This document shows positions 59,682 to 64,000 of a DNA stretch of 64,000 nucleotides, piece by piece. Location: NCBI GenBank assembly GCA_049320885.1, contig JBMORA010000048.1, positions 11,396 to 75,395 of the forward strand, read 5' to 3'. This DNA is from Thermodesulfobacteriota bacterium. GTDB taxonomy: Bacteria > Desulfobacterota > Desulfobacteria > Desulfobacterales > SURF-7. Below the pieces are notes generated by a model. The model ran no database searches. It had not been told where the DNA came from and was given only the letters and a program-made list of their open reading frames with translations. A program made the translations under genes and the position numbers. Positions within the stretch are counted from its first letter, which is position 1, and each line of letters begins with the position of its first letter.

Positions 59682-61229
59682 CTGCCGGAAAACACGCTGA
59701 AAACCCGCGTGCCGCAGGTTGACATCCGTCGCGAGATCAAACCGGCGCCTTCGCGCTACCGCAATGAGATTGCCAAATTCATCATCCATCGCAGCGAGGA
59801 TTGCATCCGCTGCGGCAAGTGCGCGGAGCTGTGCCCCCATGGGGTGCATGTGTTGAAGCCGGGCTACAAGTATTTCGCCAGACCCCAGAGCCATTTATGC
59901 ACGGGCCGGGCCTGTGAGAAGACCGATCATTTCTGCGTCGGCCAATGCCCGCAAAACGCCCTGCGCATGGTGGAAAACCCCATGATCAAGGCTCTGGGGG
60001 ATTACCGCTGGACGGCGGATATGCTGCTTTCCACCTGGAAAATGGCCGAAACCGGGGCCCCGCCCCCGGCAGAATATGAATATGATTACCTCGCGGGCCA
60101 ATCCGGCGGCGGTTTTGACCGGATCCGTTTTCGATTCCCCGAAAAACCGCCCGTGGAACTGCGGGACGACGAGATCGACACCAGCATCCCCCTGAACCGC
60201 CGCAACGACGGCCGCCCCCAGCTCCGGATCGACGTCCCCTGGTATGGCGGCGGCATGTCCTTCGGTTCGGTGAGCAACGCCACCCAGCTTTCCAAGGTGC
60301 GCGCCGCCGCGGCCTGGAACACCTTCTCCTGTTCCGGGGAAGGCGGCTACATGGAACGCATGCGGCCCTATGACGACCATATGATCACCCAGGTGGCCAC
60401 CGGCCTTTTCGGCGTGCGCGAGGAAACCATTCAGCGCGTGCCCATCATCGAATTCAAGTACGCCCAGGGCGCCAAACCCGGTCTCGGCGGGCATCTGCTG
60501 GGGGACAAGAACACCCCGGCCGTGGCCAAAATACGGGAAGCCGTGGTGGGCATCTCCCTCTTCTCCCCGTTTCCCTTCCACAGCGTGTATTCCATTGAAG
60601 ACCACATGAAGCACCTGGACTGGATCAAGCATGTCAACCGGCGCGCCCTGCTGTCCACCAAGGTTTCCACGCCCACGGACGTGGATATGGTGGCCGTGGG
60701 CAGTTATTCCGCCGGCACCCATATCATCCATCTGGACGGCGGCTACGGCGGCACGGGCGCGGCCCCGGACATCGCCAAAAAGAATATCGCCATGCCCATC
60801 GAGTACGCCATCGCCAAGGTCCACAAATTTCTGGTGGACGAGGGCGCCCGGGAAAAGGTCACCCTGATCGCGAGCGGCGGGATCCGCACGGCCCATGATA
60901 TCGGCAAGGCCATCGCCCTGGGCGCCGACGGCGTCGTGGTGGGAACATCCGAGCTGATCGCCCTCGGCTGCGTCCGCTGCTCGCGCTGCTCGGCCGGCCG
61001 CGGCTGCCCCCGGGGCATCGCCACCACCGATCCGGGGCTGGTCACCCAGATGGACCTCGAATGGGGTACCCAGCGGATCATCAATCTCTACAACGCCTGG
61101 CGCGTGGATTTGATCACCATCCTGAAACGCTTCGGCATGCGCAGCGTGCGCGAACTGGTGGGCCGTTCCGACCTGTTGATGCATCTTGATTTTACGAATG
61201 ACGTGAAAAAGAGGTCCGGGTCCGCTTAA
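59682..61229 (+). CDS. Ferredoxin-fused FMN-binding glutamate synthase domain protein (archaeal GltS-type)
   Basis: CIRCGKCAELCP; GGGMSFGS, SGEGG, QVATGLFGV, EFKYAQGAKPGLGGHL, DGGYGGTGAAP, ASGGIRT, ALGCVRCSRC...GCPRGIATTD; start uncertain (CTG 59682, GTG 59709, or overlapping ATG 59595). Confidence 0.87.
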   Translation: MPENTLKTRVPQVDIRREIKPAPSRYRNEIAKFIIHRSEDCIRCGKCAELCPHGVHVLKPGYKYFARPQSHLCTGRACEKTDHFCVGQCPQNALRMVENPMIKALGDYRWTADMLLSTWKMAETGAPPPAEYEYDYLAGQSGGGFDRIRFRFPEKPPVELRDDEIDTSIPLNRRNDGRPQLRIDVPWYGGGMSFGSVSNATQLSKVRAAAAWNTFSCSGEGGYMERMRPYDDHMITQVATGLFGVREETIQRVPIIEFKYAQGAKPGLGGHLLGDKNTPAVAKIREAVVGISLFSPFPFHSVYSIEDHMKHLDWIKHVNRRALLSTKVSTPTDVDMVAVGSYSAGTHIIHLDGGYGGTGAAPDIAKKNIAMPIEYAIAKVHKFLVDEGAREKVTLIASGGIRTAHDIGKAIALGADGVVVGTSELIALGCVRCSRCSAGRGCPRGIATTDPGLVTQMDLEWGTQRIINLYNAWRVDLITILKRFGMRSVRELVGRSDLLMHLDFTNDVKKRSGSA

Positions 61230-61297
61230 GCGCCAGGTTCACTTGAATCGTTTAATCGTACCGGGTGTGGAAATAATTCTTATGCTGTACCTATCCT

Positions 61298-61332
61298 GGA
61301 GTCAGTAACCAGAAGTCGGAATTCAGAATAAA
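61298..61332 (+). repeat. Degenerate heptamer tandem repeat
   Basis: ggagtca gtaacca gaagtcg gaattca gaataaa. Confidence 0.45.
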
Positions 61333-61536
61333 ATTAGGAATGACCCTTTACAAGTTAGTGTCCATCCAGAAATACTAGTTTTTAACCCTGGAGGCAGACC
61401 CAAAAAGCTACTCAATTGACATAGTGAAGATTTTTTCAGCATAAACCGATATCGGAAAAAGAAATTGCTTCAATTTGTCATCATACGGACGCACCTATCC
61501 CATGTATCGGTAGATTTTCCTTCGACCGGCCTGTTT

Positions 61537-62155
61537 TTAATGAGCCGGCAATTTGGCTCGCGCAAGGGTCAGAAGGTTTGCCGCCACAATAGAGGACCAG
61601 ACATACGATTTGAATGCTTCCCAACCTTTCCAATTGCAGCGTGTAAGTCCCATGCAACGTTTCAACCACGATATTCCGGATTCAATACCTGCGCGAAAAC
61701 AGCGCAACCGATGATACACATTCTCGCTGCGGCACATATCGGTTTCATTGAGACCACGTTTTTTGGCAAAACAAACATCCTTGATATTTCGATCCTTTGC
61801 AAGTTTCAGATTGTTTTTGGAGGCGAATCCGCCGTCGAAAGATACTTTGAGCGGATAGCGATTATAAATTTCTTTCTGGCGGTCGAGCATCGAAATCGCC
61901 AAATCCACATCGGCCGGATTGCCGCGCTCGATTACACAGTCCAGAATCAAGTTGGATGCCCCACCGGTAAGGCAAATCTTGTGGCCGTAAATCGTATCAC
62001 GCCGATCCTTGACAATGATGTCGGTATGCGGCTCAAAAATAGAGACAACTTTTTCCTAGGCAGGGACCTTCTCAGCCATTACCACCCGCCGATGTGTCTG
62101 ATTGACGACTCTTTCGGCAAGCAGGGCATACTGCTTGATTTGATTCAACAAGGCA
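61537..62155 (-). pseudogene. Truncated DDE transposase (ISNCY-like), C-terminal part with in-frame amber stop
   Basis: Manual extension gives ...RVVNQTHRRV...KVPA*EKVVSIFEPHTDIIVKDRRDTIYGHK...FDGGF...FRAGIESGISWLKR; TAG at 62056-62058; N-terminus missing; GTGTCCATCCAGAAAT near 61358 may be the terminal IR. Confidence 0.8.
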
Positions 62156-62160
62156 TATTT

Positions 62161-62439
62161 GCATTTGTTGCGGACATTATATCGCTGCGTGTACACACCA
62201 TCGATTTACCTCAAACATCGTGACAAATTCATTTTAGGCATTTTTGCGGGAATATGGTAAAGCGACGGCAGAAGGTAGAATGCGGCGATCCGGATCCCGA
62301 ACATATCCGTCGTTTTCGTGAGCAAATCCTGAAAGTCGACGCAATCCTTGTCATTCCTGAAAAGGATTTGCCCCCGCCTGGCTCGGCTCATTACTTGATG
62401 CCAAGCATCCGGATATTCAATTCGCAATGGTCTTGACGG
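62161..62439 (-). pseudogene. REP-associated tyrosine transposase (RAYT/Y1) N-terminal fragment
   Basis: SRPLRIEYPDAWHQVMSRARRG...IAAFYLLPSLYHI...NLSRCLR then frameshift to IDGVYTQRYNVRNK; start codon lost, HUH motif degenerate. Confidence 0.75.
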
Positions 62440-62477
62440 TTTCTGTCAGATACCCCCATTAAGGTCAAAAGGAGACT

Positions 62478-62499
62478 TGACCCCTCTCTGACCCCTCTC
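62478..62499 (+). repeat. Direct repeat TGACCCCTCTC x2
   Basis: Exact 11-bp tandem duplication next to the RAYT remnant. Confidence 0.7.
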
Positions 62500-62766
62500 C
62501 CATAAACCGCGCTTTTCACCCTCGAAAAGCGTTTCTAAGCATGAAAAACAGCCCCGTTTTTCCATTCATTTCATATTAAGTTTAGCAGTTATCTCGGTCC
62601 GACTATCCGGCGGACTGTCCGGCCTTCTCAACTGCCTGATAACATACTATTATCTCAGCAAAATAGGCTGCACGGATGGTTTTTCGTCACAAGCGATTGA
62701 TCTGGCAGCGCAAATGATATAAATAATATCTTGACTATACGAGGATCAAAGTCGAGGAGGGACCAT

Positions 62767-62988
62767 ATGACCGCAAGAGCCGAACAAGTGCTGGCCGAAG
62801 CGCTGATGCTGCCGCCTCATGAGAGGGCGCAGTTGGCGGAACAGCTTTTTACCAGCCTGGATATATCGGATGAAGAAATAGAGCGGTTGTGGGCCGAGGA
62901 AGCCGAAAGCCGCATTGATGCGTATGAACGAGGCGAGATAAAAACCGTATCCGCAGAGGACGTTTTCAACGATATCCGCCGCCGATGA
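62767..62988 (+). CDS. Addiction-module antitoxin (TIGR02574-like)
   Basis: RBS GAGGAGG; ALMLPPHERAQLAEQLFTSL...WAEEAESRIDAYERGE. Confidence 0.88.
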   Translation: MTARAEQVLAEALMLPPHERAQLAEQLFTSLDISDEEIERLWAEEAESRIDAYERGEIKTVSAEDVFNDIRRR

Positions 62989-63296
62989 AGGTTGAGTTCC
63001 TCATACCCGCCCGCACCGAGCTGTATGAAGCCGTTGTTTTTTACAATATCCAAAAACAAGGGCTGGGAGAAGAGTTCGCCGAAGAGGCGGAAGATACGAT
63101 AACGCGGATAAAAGAAAATCCGGAAGCTTGGCCCCGCCTTGCTTCATCAACGCGAACCCGCCGCTGTCTGACCAATCGATTTCCTTACGGGATCATTTAC
63201 CAAATCCGAAAAAACAGTATTTTGGTTGTCGCTGTCATGCATCAGCGTCGACACCCGCGAAGCTGGCGATCCCGACTACCGAAAAGCGAGCATTGA
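62985..63296 (+). CDS. RelE/ParE-family toxin
   Basis: ATGA overlap with antitoxin; ARTELYEAVVFY...GLGEEF...RRCLTNRFPYGIIY...VVAVMHQRRHP. Confidence 0.9.
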   Translation: MKVEFLIPARTELYEAVVFYNIQKQGLGEEFAEEAEDTITRIKENPEAWPRLASSTRTRRCLTNRFPYGIIYQIRKNSILVVAVMHQRRHPRSWRSRLPKSEH

Positions 63297-63536
63297 TACA
63301 GATCAAATCCTGAAGGCTTCTTGATAAAACAAGGAAGCCGCTTGTCTATTCCAACACCCGCCGCCTTGCCCCTGGCTTAACAGGCGTAGTCAGCGGCTAA
63401 GCTACAAGTGGGCAGGATTTCAAGATCTGCTGTAACAATTTCTGATACCAGCGCTAAAATTTACTGAAAAGCACCCAAGTAAGCAGCTATAACTTTTTGT
63501 ATAATGCTTGTCAGTGCATAAGTGAGCAGGTTCGAA

Positions 63537-63609
63537 GAGCCCGATGCGGCAATACCGCACGCCGGGATCTATGAGGGGGCGGTCGGGTTACTGGCCGCCC
63601 TACCTCTAT
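63537..63609 (+). ncRNA. Group II intron 3' end (domains V and VI), orphan fragment
   Basis: GAGCCCGATGCGGCAATACCGCACGCCGGGATC (AGC triad, AC bulge), then GAGGGGGCGGTCGGGTTACTGGCCGCCCTACCTC stem with bulged A, ending AT; no RT ORF upstream. Confidence 0.8.
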
Positions 63610-63972
63610 TCCCTTGCACCTTATCAGCCCCAAATCCGCCCTGGTTCAACCGGTTGTATTCACAATATCATGGACACACAAACACCGTTTGCATATAGTC
63701 CGATATCAAAAAAGCAAAGTCTTATCCCTTTATTCAGAACAATCTACATAGTAAACGCGTCGAGTAAGTGTAATCGTTGGATTGAAATATGTTCTATCGC
63801 AATTGCTATTTGCTCTTGGGTTAATGCGGAAATAAAATGACTCGGCAAAATGGCTTCCACAATTTATTTGTCTACACTGCTGTCCGGTTAACTGATTAAT
63901 GATTACTTATACTTATAAAATAACTACCCATTCAACTTGCAATTCTGGCAAAAAGCCTGTTTTTACAACCCC

Positions 63973-64000
63973 GTCAATCCCGATTGGGATTGATTGAAAT
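63973..64000 (+). CRISPR. Possible single CRISPR-like repeat at the window edge
   Basis: GTCAATCCCGATTGGGATTGATTGAAAT: 8-bp hairpin TCAATCCC/GGGATTGA and ATTGAAAN 3' end, after an AT-rich leader-like stretch; only one copy visible. Confidence 0.35.

Noticed and set aside
62056..62058. In-frame TAG in the transposase as possible pyrrolysine
   Set aside because: The gene is also N-terminally truncated and no pyl genes or methyltransferase context are visible; a nonsense mutation is simpler
63340..63420. Possible attC site after the toxin gene (GCTTAAC...)
   Set aside because: No matching GTTRRRY end or complementary arm found
63544..63840. 98-aa ORF
   Set aside because: Starts inside the group II intron domain V and has no protein features
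1..64000. tRNA or rRNA genes
   Set aside because: No cloverleaf or rRNA signature noticed in the intergenic regions

Overview
64 kb of GC-rich bacterial chromosome. Gene content (HdrABC/MvhD, MetVF, PEP-CTERM protein, MCP, hybrid kinase, a UGA-containing MvhD) points to an anaerobic Desulfobacterota/deltaproteobacterium; this taxonomy is inferred. Left part (1-28.8 kb): mixed genes, including glpD-like dehydrogenase, an E. coli-type FadR with a palindromic operator, a DUF4384 protein plus lipoprotein caspase, rmuC, a Sel1 lipoprotein, an orphan binding protein plus MCP, a PEP-CTERM protein, a DUF3592/arrestin-like/ATPase/OsmC operon, glgP, 5'-nucleotidase, Dus, a PAS hybrid kinase and an OmpA protein. 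Middle (28.9-44.3 kb): complete E. coli-type complex I operon (fused nuoCD, long nuoG) with a CBS-domain gene inserted between nuoA and nuoB. 47-61.2 kb is the most striking locus: one co-oriented operon in which split glutamate-synthase-like genes enclose hdrC-hdrB-hdrA(with an inserted GltD-like NAD(P)H module)-mvhD(selenocysteine)-metV-mvhD-like-metF. Right end (61.2-64 kb): AT-richer zone of mobile-element remnants (ISNCY-like and RAYT transposase fragments, a RelE/ParE toxin-antitoxin pair, a group II intron 3' end) ending in a possible CRISPR leader and repeat at the window edge. All calls come from motif reading without database searches.
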